A DNA stretch of 64,000 nucleotides from Takakia lepidozioides (Eukaryota; Plantae; Bryophyta), in the NCBI GenBank assembly GCA_030704615.1, contig CM060733.1, forward strand, positions 32,736,001 to 32,800,000, given 5' to 3'. A program made the position numbers and the translations under genes. Shown piece by piece: positions 27,830 through 40,023 of this stretch. Each line of letters begins with the position of its first letter. Within the stretch, counting starts at the first letter, position 1. The notes below the pieces were generated by a model. It did not search any database, was not told the origin of the DNA, and saw only the letters and a program-made list of their open reading frames with translations.

Positions 27830-28458
27830 AATAGCATCATGCCACAATGGTCTGGCCACTTGTCTTTTTTTCAAAGTTTGTTACAGCTGCACAAACCACT
27901 TAAATTTTTTCATGTATCACCCAAAAAGTGGTACCAATCACTTGTCTGTAGGCAACCACTCATGAGCAACCACTAGAATAGTGGTATCTTTCACCACCCA
28001 CTCTCCACCACTGTCAAAGTGGTACAAATCAATGAGGTGTCTTTAACCACTCAAGATCAACGTGCACTGTCCCCGTCCACGTGGAATATTATATTTACGA
28101 ATTAAAATATATTTCCAAATCATAAATCACAAATAAAATTTGAATTATTACACGTGGAGTAGCAAGTGGTTTCAACCACTTTCCGTCACTGAGGTGTCTA
28201 TAAACCACTCACAATGTACCACTGCACTCGTCCACGTGGAATATTATATTTTATAATTAAAATGTATTACCAAATAATAATAATAATTATTATTATTATT
28301 ACACATGGACTACTGAGTGGTTGAAACCACTTCCAACCATTGTCTGTGATGCCACCGTGACATTTCATTGGGATTAACCACTGGCAAGTGGTTTATAGAC
28401 TGGAAAAAGACAGTAGTGGTTAAAAGGCCAGTGGTTATTCCACATTTTTCTTCTAGTG
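27830..28458 (+). mobile_element. 3' subterminal repeats and TIR of the host CACTA element
   Basis: Dense aaccac/gtggt motifs, duplicated gtccacgtggaatattatattt, ends ttttcttctagtg (CACTAGAAG on the - strand). Confidence 0.85.
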
Positions 28459-29050
28459 ATATCTAAGCTGTCCTTCTGCCAGGAGCACTTCTTTCAACAT
28501 ACTTTCATGATTCTGAAAATTCCCAAACGTCCGCCAACCTCCATGCAAGAAGAGTCCAAATCCATAATATGGCAGTTGGTGAGCAGTCTGTGGTGCAAAA
28601 AACATCATGATGTGACTGGGGCAGATGCCGTGCCTTAAATTGGCCAAAGGGTACAAGTGTGATACAGGGGGTCGAGGGTCTATGGTAGAAAAAACTTGGA
28701 GGGGAACAGGAAGGCAGTCGGGCTGGACATTGACGTTTCAGCCAGGAGACAATCAGATCCCTCGGCAGTTCTCAGGAGAGGCAGTTCTCAGGAGAGGGAA
28801 TTCAGGAAGCAGCCGTCGAACATCCTGCTCCTCCAGCAATAGTTCAACAATATCAAACTAGGGATCTAGAGATGAGGGGGGAGCAGAAGAGGAAGGAGCA
28901 GCAGAGGGGGGAGAAGACCTGAAAGAAGTCAGGGGACCAGAAGAGGGAGGAACAAACAAAGGGGGAAATGAGGTGGGGGAACCTGAGATGGGGGTAGACG
29001 ATGGAGGGGGAGCAGAGACAAGCATGATGGGGGGAACAACATTCACCGGA

Positions 29051-29230
29051 TGTCGCACACCTCACTTCGGTAAGCTCCCCTTCAAGTCATAGTTACTCGT
29101 TTGATGCGCGCGTCTAACTCCCAACCTGGCCGCCGGGCCAACTCGGAGCTTCGGCTGCTCACCGGGACATAACAATCCCCCTTTACTCTTCCAAAAGACT
29201 CTCCACCAATTTGGGCCTAGTGAAATTCCC
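29051..29230 (-). mobile_element. 3' end of the TGTCGC-family LTR (inverted piece)
   Basis: Matches 62239-62418; the - strand ends ...gaggtgtgcgaca, the inverted partner of the TGTCGC start. Confidence 0.85.
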
Positions 29231-32200
29231 ACGACACCACATCTCGTTCAGCCATAGTGTTGAACACTCCCTTTGCATCCCTGATGTACCCACATTTTGC
29301 CTACATATCCACTAGGGTATTGTTCAAAATGACATTTGGTACAATTCCAGCTCTGAAGGTGTCACCATGGACCTCCTTCCCCTTTTCCAGAGCTGCCAGA
29401 GGCAGTACAATTCAGCTTTGATGATATCCCATGCACCTCTTTGCCCTTCTCCAGGGCTGCCAGGCCTGCAATGCATACAAACATGATGTGGCCGGGCTGG
29501 ACCCTTCCCCCATCATTTGCTCAGGTCTCCAAAGCCTCCATCCCACGTCCCTGCTGTGCATACCCTGCAAGCATCGCACTCCACGACACCACATCTCGTT
29601 CAGCCATAGTGTTGAAACTCCCTTTGCATCCCGATGCACCCACATTTTGCATACATGTCCACCAGGGTATTGTTCAAAATGACATTTGGTACAATTCCAG
29701 CTCTGAAGGTGTCACCATGGAACTCCAGGGCAGTGTTTTGAATGACATTAGGTACAATTCCAGCTTTGATGATATCCCCATGCACCTCTTTGCCCTTCTC
29801 CAGGGCTGCCAGGCCTGCAATGCATACAAACATAATGTGGCCGGGCTGGACCCCTTCCCCCATCATTTGCTCATAGGTCTCCAAAGCCTCCATCCCACGT
29901 CCCTGCTGTGCATACCCTGCAAGCATCGCACTCCACGACACCACATCTCGTTCAGCCATAGTGTTGAACACTCCCTTTGCATCCCCGATGCACCCACATT
30001 TTGCCTACATGTCCACTAGGGTATTGTTCAAAATGACATTTGGTACAATTCCAGCTCTGAAGTGTCACCATGGACCTCCTTCCCCTTTTCCAGAGCTGCA
30101 GGGTGTTTCGAATGACATTAGGTACAATTCCAGCTTTGATGATATCCCCATGCACCTCTTTGCCCTTCTCCAGGGTGCCAGGCTGCAATGCATACAAACA
30201 TGATGTGGCCGGGCTGGACCCCTTCCCCCATCATTTGCTCATAGGTCTCCAAAGCCTCCATCCCACGTCCTGCTGTGCATACCCTGCAAGCATCGCACTC
30301 CACGACACCACATCTCGTTTAGCCATAGTGTTGAACACTCCCTTTGCATCCCCGATGCACCCACATTTTGCATACATGTCCACTAGGGTATTGTTCAAAA
30401 TGACATTTGGTACAATTCCAGCTCTGAAGATGTCACCACGGACCTCCTTCCCTTTTCCAGAGCTGCCAGGGCAGTGTTGGAATGACATTAGGTACAATTC
30501 CAGCTTTGATGATATCCCCATGCACCTCTTTGCCCTTCTCCAGGGCTGCCAGGCCTGCAATGCATACAAACATGATGTGGCGGGCTGGACCCTTCCCCCA
30601 TCATTTGCTCATAGGTCTCCAAAGCCTCCATCCCACGTCCCTGCTGTGCATACCCTGCAAGCATCGCACTCCACGACACCACATCTCGTTCAGCCATAGT
30701 GTTGAACACTCCCTTTGCATCCCCCGATGCACCCACATTTTGCCTACATATCCACTAGGGTATTGTTCAAAATGACATTTGGTACAATTCCAGCTCTGAA
30801 GGTGTCACCATGGACCTCCTTCCCCTTTTCAGAGCTGCCAGGGCAGTACAATTCCAGCTTTGATGATATCCATGCACCTCTTTGCCCTTCTCCAGGGCTG
30901 CCAGGCCTACAATGCATACAAACATGATGTGGCCGGGCTGGACCCCTTCCCCATCATTTGCTCATAGGTCTCCAAAGCCTCCATCCCACGTCCCTGCTGT
31001 GCATACCCTGCAAGCATCGCACTCCACGACACCACATCTCGTTCAGCCATAGTGTTGAACATCCCTTTGCATCCCGATGCACCCACATTTTGCATACATG
31101 TCCACCAGGGTATTGTTCAAAATGACATTTGGTACAATTCCAGCTCTGAAGGTGTCACCATGGAACTGCCAGGGCAGTGTTTTGAATGACATTAGGTACA
31201 ATTCCAGCTTTGATGATATCCCCATGCACCTCTTTGCCCTTCTCCAGGGCTGCCAGGCCTGCAATGCATACAAACATAATGTGGCCGGGCTGGACCCCTT
31301 CCCCATCATTTGCTCATAGGTCTCCAAAGCCTCCATCCCACGTCCCTGCTGTGCATACCCTGCAAGCATCGCACTCCACGACACCACATCTCGTTCAGCC
31401 ATAGTGTTGAACACTCCCTTTGCATCCCCGATGCACCCACATTTTGCCTACATATCCACTAGGGTATTGTTCAAAATGACATTTGGTACAATTCCAGCTC
31501 TGAAGGTGTCACCATGGACCTCCTTCCCCTTTTCCAGAGCTGCCAGGGTAGTGTTTCGAATGACATTAGGTACAATTCCAGCTTTGATGATATCCCCATG
31601 CACCTCTTTGCCCTTCTCCAGGGCTGCCAGGCTGCAATGCATACAAACATGATGTGGCCGGGCTGGACCCCTTCCCCCATCATTTGCTCATAGGTCTCCA
31701 AAGCCTCCATCCCACGTCCTGCTGTGCATACCCTGCAAGCATCGCACTCCACGACACCACATCTCGTTCAGCCATAGTGTTGAACACTCCCTTTGCATCC
31801 CCGATGCACCACATTTTGCATACATGTCCACTAGGGTATTGTTCAAAATGACATTTGGTACAATTCCAGCTCTGAAGATGTCACCACGGACCTCCTTTCC
31901 CTTTTCCAAAGCTGCCAGGGCAGTGTATGGAATGACATTAGGTACAATTCCAGCTTTGATGATATCCCCATGCACCTCTTTACCCTTCTCCAGGGCTGCC
32001 AGGCCTACAATGCATACAAACATGATGTGGCTGGGCTGGACCCTTCCCCCATCATTTGCTCATAGGTCTCCAAAGCCTCCATCCCACGTCCCTGCTGTGC
32101 ATACCCTGCAAGCATCGCACTCCACGACACCACATCTCGTTCAGCCATAGTGTTGAACACTCCCTTTGCATCCCCGATGCACCCACATTTTGCCTACATA

Positions 32201-34565
32201 TCCACTAGGGTATTGTTCAAAATGACATTTGGTACAATTCCAGCTCTGAAGGTGTCACCATGGACCTCCTTCCCCTTTTCCAGAGCTGCCAGGGCAGTAC
32301 AATTCCAGCTTTGATGATATCCCCATGCACCTCTTTGCCCTTCTCCAGGGCTGCCAGGCCTGCAATGCATACAAACATGATGTGGCCGGGCTGGACCCCT
32401 TCCCCCATCAGTTGCTCATAGGTCTCCAAAGCCTCCATCCCACGTCCCTGTTGTGCATACCCTGCAAGCATCGCACTCCACGACACCACATCTCGTTCAG
32501 CCATAGTGTTGAACATCCTTTGCATCCCGATGCACCCACATTTTGCATACATGTCCACCAGGGTATTGTTCAAAATGACATTTGGTACAATTCCAGCTCT
32601 GAAGTGTCACCAGAACTGCCAGGGCAGTGTTTTGAATGACATTAGGTACAATTCCAGCTTTGATGATATCCCCATGCACCTCTTTGCCCTTCTCCAGGGC
32701 TGCCAGGCCTGCAATGCATACAAACATAATGGCCGGGCTGGACCCCCCCCATCATTTGCTCATAGGTCTCCAAAGCCTCCATCCCACGTCCCTGCTGTGC
32801 ATACCCTGCAAGCATCGCACTCCACGACACCACATCTCGTTCAGCCATAGTGTTGAACACTCCCTTTGCATCCCCGATGCACCCACATTTTGCCTACATA
32901 TCCACTAGGGTATTGTTCAAAATGACATTTGGTACAATTCCAGCTCTGAAGGTGTCACCATGGACCTCCTTCCCCTTTTCCAGAGCTGCAGGGTAGTGTT
33001 TCGAATGACATTAGGTACAATTCCAGCTTTGATGATATCCCATGCACCTCTTTGCCCTTCTCCAGGGGCTGCCAGGCTTGCAATGCATACAAACATGATG
33101 TGGCCGGGCTGGACCCCTTCCCCATCAGTTGCTCATAGGTCTCCAAAGCCTCCATCCCACGTCCTGCTGTGCATACCCTGCAAGCATCGCACTCCACGAC
33201 ACCACATCTCGTTTAGCCATAGTGTTGAACACTCCCTTTGCATCCCGATGCACCCACATTTTGCATACATGTCCACTAGGGTATTGTTCAAAATGACATT
33301 TGGTACAATTCCAGCTCTGAAGATGTCACCACGGACCTCCTTTCCCTTTTCCAAAGCTGCCAGGGCAGTGTATGGAATGACATTAGGTACAATTCCAGCT
33401 TTGATGATATCCCCATGCACCTCTTTACCCTTCTCCAGGGCTGCCAGGCCTACAATGCATACAAACATGATGTGGCTGGGCTGGACCCTTCCCCCATCAT
33501 TTGCTCATAGGTCTCCAAAGCCTCCATCCCACGTCCCTGCTGTGCATACCCTGCAAGCATCGCACTCCACGACACCACATCTCGTTCAGCCATAGTGTTG
33601 AACACTCCCTTTGCATCCCGATGCACCCACATTTTGCCTACATATCCACTAGGGTATTGTTCAAAATGACATTTGGTACAATTCCAGCTCTGAAGGTGTC
33701 ACCATGGACCTCCTTCCCCTTTTCCAGAGCTGCCAGGGCAGTACAATTCCAGCTTTGATGATATCCCATGCACCTCTTTGCCCTTCTCCAGGGCTGCCAG
33801 GCCTACAATGCATACAAACATGATGTGGCCGGGCTGGACCCCTTCCCCCATCAGTTGCTCATAGGTCTCCAAAGCCTCCATCCCATGTCCCTGTGTGCAT
33901 ACCCTGCAAGCATCGCACTCCACGACACCACATTTTGTTCAGCCATAGTGTTGAACACTCCCTTTGCATCCTCGATGCACCCACATTTTGCATACATGTC
34001 CACCAGGGTATTGTTCAAAATGACATTTGGTACAATTCCAGCTCTGAAGGTGTCACCATGGAACTGCCAGGGCAGTGTTTTGAATGACATTAGGTACAAT
34101 TCCAGCTTTGATGATATCCCCATGCACCTCTTTGCCCTTCTCCAGGGCTGCCAGGCCTGCAATGCATACAAACATAATGTGGCCGGGCTGGACCCCTTCC
34201 CCCATCATTTGCTCATAGGTCTCCAAAGCCTCCATCCCACGTCCCTGCTGTGCATACCCTGCAAGCATCGCACTCCACGACACCACATCTCGTTCAGCCA
34301 TAGTGTTGAACACTCCCTTTGCATCCCCGATGCACCCACATTTTGCATACATGTCCACTAGGGTATTGTTCAAATGACATTTGGTACAATTCAGCTCTGA
34401 AGATGTCACCACGGACCTCCTTCCCCTTTTCCAGAGCTGCCAGGGCAGTGTTTAGAATGACATTAGGTACAATTCCAGCTTTGATGATATCCCCATGCAC
34501 CTCTTTGCCCTTCTCAAGGGTTGCCAGGCTTGCACAAGCATTGCAATGCACACAAACATGATGTG
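29229..34565 (-). repeat. PLS-class PPR tandem array, - arm (~14-15 monomers, 4-monomer higher-order repeat of ~1.45 kb), pseudogenic
   Basis: Same monomer as 22638-25329; a diagnostic short variant recurs at 29401, 30842, 32293, 33737; TAT>TAG stop in alternate monomers. Confidence 0.93.
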
Positions 34566-34854
34566 AGAGGGCAAAACAGGTTGAAATAGGTCAAAGAAGA
34601 AGATGCCCTCACCACATTGTCCTTGAGGTTGTGTCATGACTTGACCGACCATCAACCCAAAAGGACCTCTTGTGTGCTGCTTGTGTCTGTAGTCAGGTAA
34701 TGTCGGATTGGTCTGTGAGATCGAACCACCACGGTGTAGCTGAGTAGGCAGAGATTGAAACACGGCCTGCTATGACCAAGCTAACTCTCCCAAGAACGGC
34801 AAGCTCGCAAGAATGTTGCGAGCTTCTCCTCGTCTCATCTCTCCTCCTCTCCTC

Positions 34855-34916
34855 CTTCCTGCATCATTTGCTCAACGCCTCCATCCCACGCCCCTGCATA
34901 TCCTGCGATCATCGCG
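34855..34916 (-). pseudogene. Isolated upstream PPR P-motif remnant
   Basis: Reverse complement reads AMIAGY..GRGMEAL..EQMMQE. Confidence 0.55.
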
Positions 34917-35559
34917 TTCCATCCCTCGGCTACATGGTGTGGCACAGGGAACCAAAAAAAAAGGCCAAGTCCCAGCCCTCCTCTGTGTTCACGATTACCC
35001 TAGTGGGCAACCTTATTAGCAACTTTTTGACTTTCACTTTGATTCATTCTAGGTCAGAGGCTAAAGTCCTGCTACCAGACTTGTCTAGAAAACCAAAACA
35101 CCACGTAGACAAACATTTGATAATGGTAATAAAATATATTACCATTGGGCTGGTTTGAACACTTGTTAGTAAATTTAGGTTAGGATTTTTTCGAAATATT
35201 CTGGTTTTTTCTTTGATGTGTGAGATGACAAAGTCCAAGCATGTCACATAAACAAGGAGTTCAACGTAATGATGCAAGTGATTTGTGGCAAAAAGTGTAA
35301 ATCATGCCTATGCCTATTTGTCCTAGTTGTGTCATAGGTTGCAACGGAACGGGGCCGCCTTTGAATGCGATCCCCATGCTCATTTCACCAAGGGCATTAT
35401 AGACTTCATAATGTAGAGATTGAAAATGGGGTGTATTCTTCACTTACTAGTACCATCGTGCAGATTTCTAAACATGAACATGAAGTTCATAATCATTTTT
35501 CAAGGGCATCATTCTCAAACTCCCCATACACCACAATCAGTGGAAATAATTGTATGTTC

Positions 35560-35790
35560 CCATTTCACACAGGTGTGTAACATGCCATGTAAACTAAGCC
35601 AACCTCTGCCACGCTCATGGCTGTTTTCACACCGTTCTTGCCTGGGTGTGGACCACATGTGAGACACCCCACAGTTAGGGCATATTTAGACCCACACCTT
35701 GGCTCAGTGTACAGACCCGTGATAAAAGCCGTGGAATGTGCCAGGTGTGAGATGGCAGAGCCGTGGAAAAAGCCGATTTCTCTTCTAGTG
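35560..35790 (+). mobile_element. Other terminus of the Pack-CACTA (TIR + subterminal repeats)
   Basis: ccgtggaaaaagccgatttctcttctagtg at 35761-35790 followed by ggt (TSD). Confidence 0.88.
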
Positions 35791-38700
35791 GGTGGAAACT
35801 CCAACAAATGGGGAGGGTATGGCACCGAAAGGCGGCGGTGACGTCGACGATTGGCATGCCACTCACGAGCACATACCTCTCTGTCTGCAGTGAACTGTGT
35901 CTTCTCTGTTGCATACTTTCTGTCACAAAATGGCAACAAGAATGACACATGTTAGCAATGAAGTGTTGCATTACTTTGCAAAAAATACCTAGCATGAATG
36001 ATACTTTGAAAACCACTGGATGAGTGAGCAGAATAACTTGTAAATGAACATGCTCTTCCAAAAAGTCACTCACTTAGACATTCAGTTACTACAGAAGTGG
36101 TTATCATCACGATGAACCACTGACATTTGTGACTTTGTGGGTGGTTCTATTACACTGGTGGTAGTCACAATTGCATATGAACTTTATATGAATAACGTGC
36201 AATGAAAAGAAGAACTCACTGCACCCAAGGAACCATCACATTAGTATCGTTCAGCACATACAAATGTGCTGCATCTCTCTCAGCTCCACTCATGTCCCGC
36301 TTTTTGCCGACACCTTCCAAGACCTCGTTCTCAACCCCTTCCTCCGCATTTGCATCCCAAATCCGTCATTGAATTGCATCAAATGATTGCCTATACTCAC
36401 TCATGAACCCCATGGCCTCATCAAGAACATACCCTGCAGCCATACTCAATTATGGCTTTGCGTAATTCCTAACGGATCCCTTGAGATCTTTCATGTAACG
36501 CTCCATGGGATACATCCACCGTGAAGACACCGGACCACATGTGTCTAGTTCATCTACGAGATGAACTAGCAAATGGGTCATGACATCAAAGAAAGAAGGG
36601 GGGAACTCTTTCTCTAAGGTTATAGCAACATCCTCACACAATGAATCTATTTCATTAGGGTCCCATACTTTGGCACAAATCCGGCAAAAAATGCGACTCA
36701 TACGCATAATGACCCCACGTGGGCCTGGAGCCATGCAATGGCGAATACACACAGGTAAAATCTGTTGCATTAAAACGTGATAATCATGGGACTTCATACT
36801 CGTCAAATGTTTCCTAGACGTCTAATGCCGATTACCTCCATGTCGTTCCTCACCTTCACCGTGTCCTTCTGTCCGAAAATCGTCTTCAACAAGTTTTCAC
36901 AAAAATTCTTTTTGCAATGCATGGGATCCCGTAAGTAGTGTTGCAACAGATCCTGCAATTGGTGACACCATTTCAGGAACATTCCGACAGATTGCAGTTC
37001 TATACAAATCAGTTTCCTTTATGAGCACTATATACTTCCATGTCTAAAGTGGCTGTGATGCATGACAGTCCCTCCTCAATGGTTCAAACAACTCATTTAG
37101 TGCATTATTAGCCTCTCAAGTGATGTCAACAACTTCATGAGCATCATGGATACTACCTTTTACCACTCCACGAGTTATTAATGTGAAGTCCAAATTACAT
37201 GCAGTACTGCTACTTTACCACTCGGAAAGTAAGAAGTAACCACTACAGGGGCACTACCTTTTCCATTTACAAAGAACATTGAACTCAAATAAGTACAAGT
37301 GCAGGGTTATCTTCCAGTATGGTAAATCCCATAGGCAGCTGCGCCTTTTGATACCATGAACCTTGGCTGGATGAACTTCAGCATCAGGAAAAGCACGGGG
37401 GTCAAGGTCATAACCTTCAGCCTCAACACCAGCGGCCTCTTGTTCAACCGGTGTGAACGGATGTGGCTTCACATGCATCTCCACCTGTCCATTGAAGTGT
37501 ATGCGGTTCCTGCGGTATGGATGGGCCTGAGGGAGGAGCCTGCAGTGACCTTGATAGACAGTTTTGCTCAGAACTTTTGAGTGTCTTGCATCTACATGAG
37601 GACCGCATACTAGACACCCTTTGTAGCCTTTTGTGACACATCCTGCAAGTAGGCCATAAGCAGGAAAATCGTGGATGCTCCACAGTAGTATGGCGCGTAG
37701 TATGAAGGTTCTCTCACCAACAAGTTTGCATATGTCATATGCCCGAACCCCCCTCCACAAAACAAATAACTCCTCCATCAGTGGTGCTAAGTACACATCT
37801 ATGTGCTCACTTGTAACTGACTGCTTTCTCGGAATCAAGAGAGTAAGCATGACAAACTTCTTTGTAGTGAGCCAGGGAGGTAGGTTGTATACCAGCGTCA
37901 ACACTGGCCATGTTGACCAGCAATCGTTCTTATCACCAAACGGGTTGACTCCATCGAAGGAAAAACCAAGCCTTACATTGCGAGGCTTTGCTGCAAAGTC
38001 GGGCCAAGTAGCATCAATGTGTTTCCAAGCCTTGCTGCATGGCGCACAAGGCCATCGTTGCTTACATTCCGACTGTGCCAGGTCATTAATTCTACAATAG
38101 AAGAGCATCTATACATATGCAAAAGGCGTGGTATCAATGGAAAATGTCGAAGCACCTTAACAGGTACCTTGGATCTCCCCACATTTTTGAATCGAGCGCT
38201 TTGACACTTGGGGCAACGCTCTGAAGATTTCAAGTCCCCCCTAAACAGCACATACCCCTTTGGGCAAACATCGATCTTCTCATAAGCAAGCCCAAGCTTG
38301 CTCACATGGTCCTTTGATGGTAGAAGGTCTTGGGTAGTACGTTTGGTTGTGGCAACAAGGTTTTCGAGAGAACATTTCCTCCCGCAAAGCCATTTGTAAC
38401 CCCATTGTGTTGCGCATAGATTCATTATACGCATGGTGGATGCAAGCTTAGAAGAGGATTTTACAAAACCACCAAGCCTTCTATAAAGGTAGACATGCCT
38501 CAACATTTCGTCAATTCTCCATGTGTCCGATGATTTGCTAAACTAACGTCGTCACCAACCCCACGGCCGTGTCTTCCTTCATCGTCAGAAGCATGCCTCA
38601 TTGCTCCTCTCCAGGATCTGAACGCAGGGGATCTATGATTGGCCATTAGATGTTTTCTCACTGTCTCTATCGAGACCGGTCGTCCACCCTTACGTGATTG

Positions 38701-38830
38701 CAAGGGCATCTTAACTTGTTGAGACCATCTCTCTCGACATCGTGCAACCCTCGAAAAAGAGCATCGTCGTGCTGTTGTAATCTCAGCACGGCACCTGCTC
38801 TGTCACTCCATGATGCTAAGGAATTCATTT
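35791..38830 (-). pseudogene. CACTA/En-Spm TnpD transposase pseudogene (transposase-associated CPC motif, Transposase_21, DUF4218-like)
   Basis: LRCPC; KIDVCPKG...CPKC; VLRHFPLIPRL; RNVRLG..DGVNPF; WSTWPV..YNLPPW; DVYLAPL; IHDFPAY; MKSHDYHVLMQQILP; FFDVMTHLLVHL; RWMYPMERYM; multiple frameshifts; 5' TIR not found. Confidence 0.92.
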
Positions 38831-39274
38831 CCGGTATGAGGGGAGAATCAAGATTAATATACCAATTCCCTAACAAGAATTTTCAACAATCTACTGTACA
38901 TCTCTACTCATAGAGTTGTAAGGTACCCACTTTGTTGAGTGGTTGTTTCACACCTCATTTTTCTACTTTAGAACAACAAAAAGAGTGAGTATGACTCTGA
39001 CAGTGCAGAAAATGGCAAAAGTTGCCTCTTGTCATCTACAAACCACCTTCTTAGTAATATTCAGAGTGGATTGAATCACTACGTGGTGCCTAGCAGACCC
39101 TATTTCTAGGTACAAGCTATAGTGCTTTAGATAGGATGTCTTGAAGGTTGTGGAGCAGTAGCCCACACCATCATTGCATTTTAGTTGCACGAAGCCGTTA
39201 GCCCCTCTTTGTTTGTCATGTGCTTATATGTACACACTCCTCCTCCATCGCTCAATCTGAATGTGCACTTGTAG

Positions 39275-40023
39275 GGGGATCAACCGAGGGGGGGGGGGGG
39301 ACATCTCGGGGATCGGACCGTCGATGGGAAGAGGGGATCGACGGCGGGGGGAGCGGCACGTGGCCTGTCAGTGTCATCGCCCCTTCTTTTCCGACCGTCG
39401 TCCATCCCTTGCGCGGGGCGGGGGGATGAGGGGCGGATGACACACAACATCCATTGTTTGTGAGGTTGGATGGATGCGCAGGGGATCAACGGTCCGGGGG
39501 AGCCGCATGTGGCGCGCGATTAGGGTTGGGGGATCACTCCCAGTCCGGAAGGGGGATCAAGGCACGTCGAGGGAGCGGCGACGTCTCGGGGGAGCGCGCC
39601 GTGGATGGGGAGAAGGGATCGACGGCGGCGGGAGCGCCACGTGGCGATGGACGTGTCATGGGGCCTTCATCCGGTCATCATCCATTTAATTGAGGTTGGT
39701 TGGATGGGGAGGGGATCGACGGTTCAGGGGAGCGCCACGTGGCTGGAGATGGGGTGGGGGATCACTCCCGCACTAGATCAACCCAGTGAGGGGATCCACA
39801 GCAGGGTGCCGCCATGTGGCTGGAGATCGGGCGGTGGTGTGGGCGCATGGCAAGCGGTGGGGCGGGGGTCGGGGTCCCGGCCCGGGCGGGGGGGGGGTGG
39901 GGATGATTTGACATGGGGCGTTCAGCTCACCGACGGCTGCTGCTGTTCCGGCTGTACCTCGCAGGCCATACCTGTCAGCTCACACGCTTGCAGTAAAATC
40001 AAGCCACATCCATATTGGGACGG
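39275..40023 (-). repeat. Right long inverted repeat of the 25-kb element
   Basis: Reverse complement is colinear with 14983-15862 (with indels); ends ...aagccacatccatattgggacgg. Confidence 0.88.

Larger units (their letters stand above)
14983..40023. mobile_element. ~25-kb composite element with long terminal inverted repeats (foldback/MULE-like, unclassified) and nested TEs
   Basis: 14983-~15862 matches the reverse complement of ~39275-40023; flanks aagacaga (14975-14982) and aagacagg (40024-40031) form an 8-bp TSD with 1 mismatch. Confidence 0.7.

Noticed and set aside
22638-34565. CRISPR array or an intact giant PPR/DYW editing factor
   Set aside because: Repeats are contiguous PPR codons without unique spacers; a periodic in-frame stop is present and no E/DYW domain is seen
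39115-39125. tagtg as the 5' TIR of the host CACTA
   Set aside because: Does not extend to the ttttcttctagtg TIR and has no matching TSD
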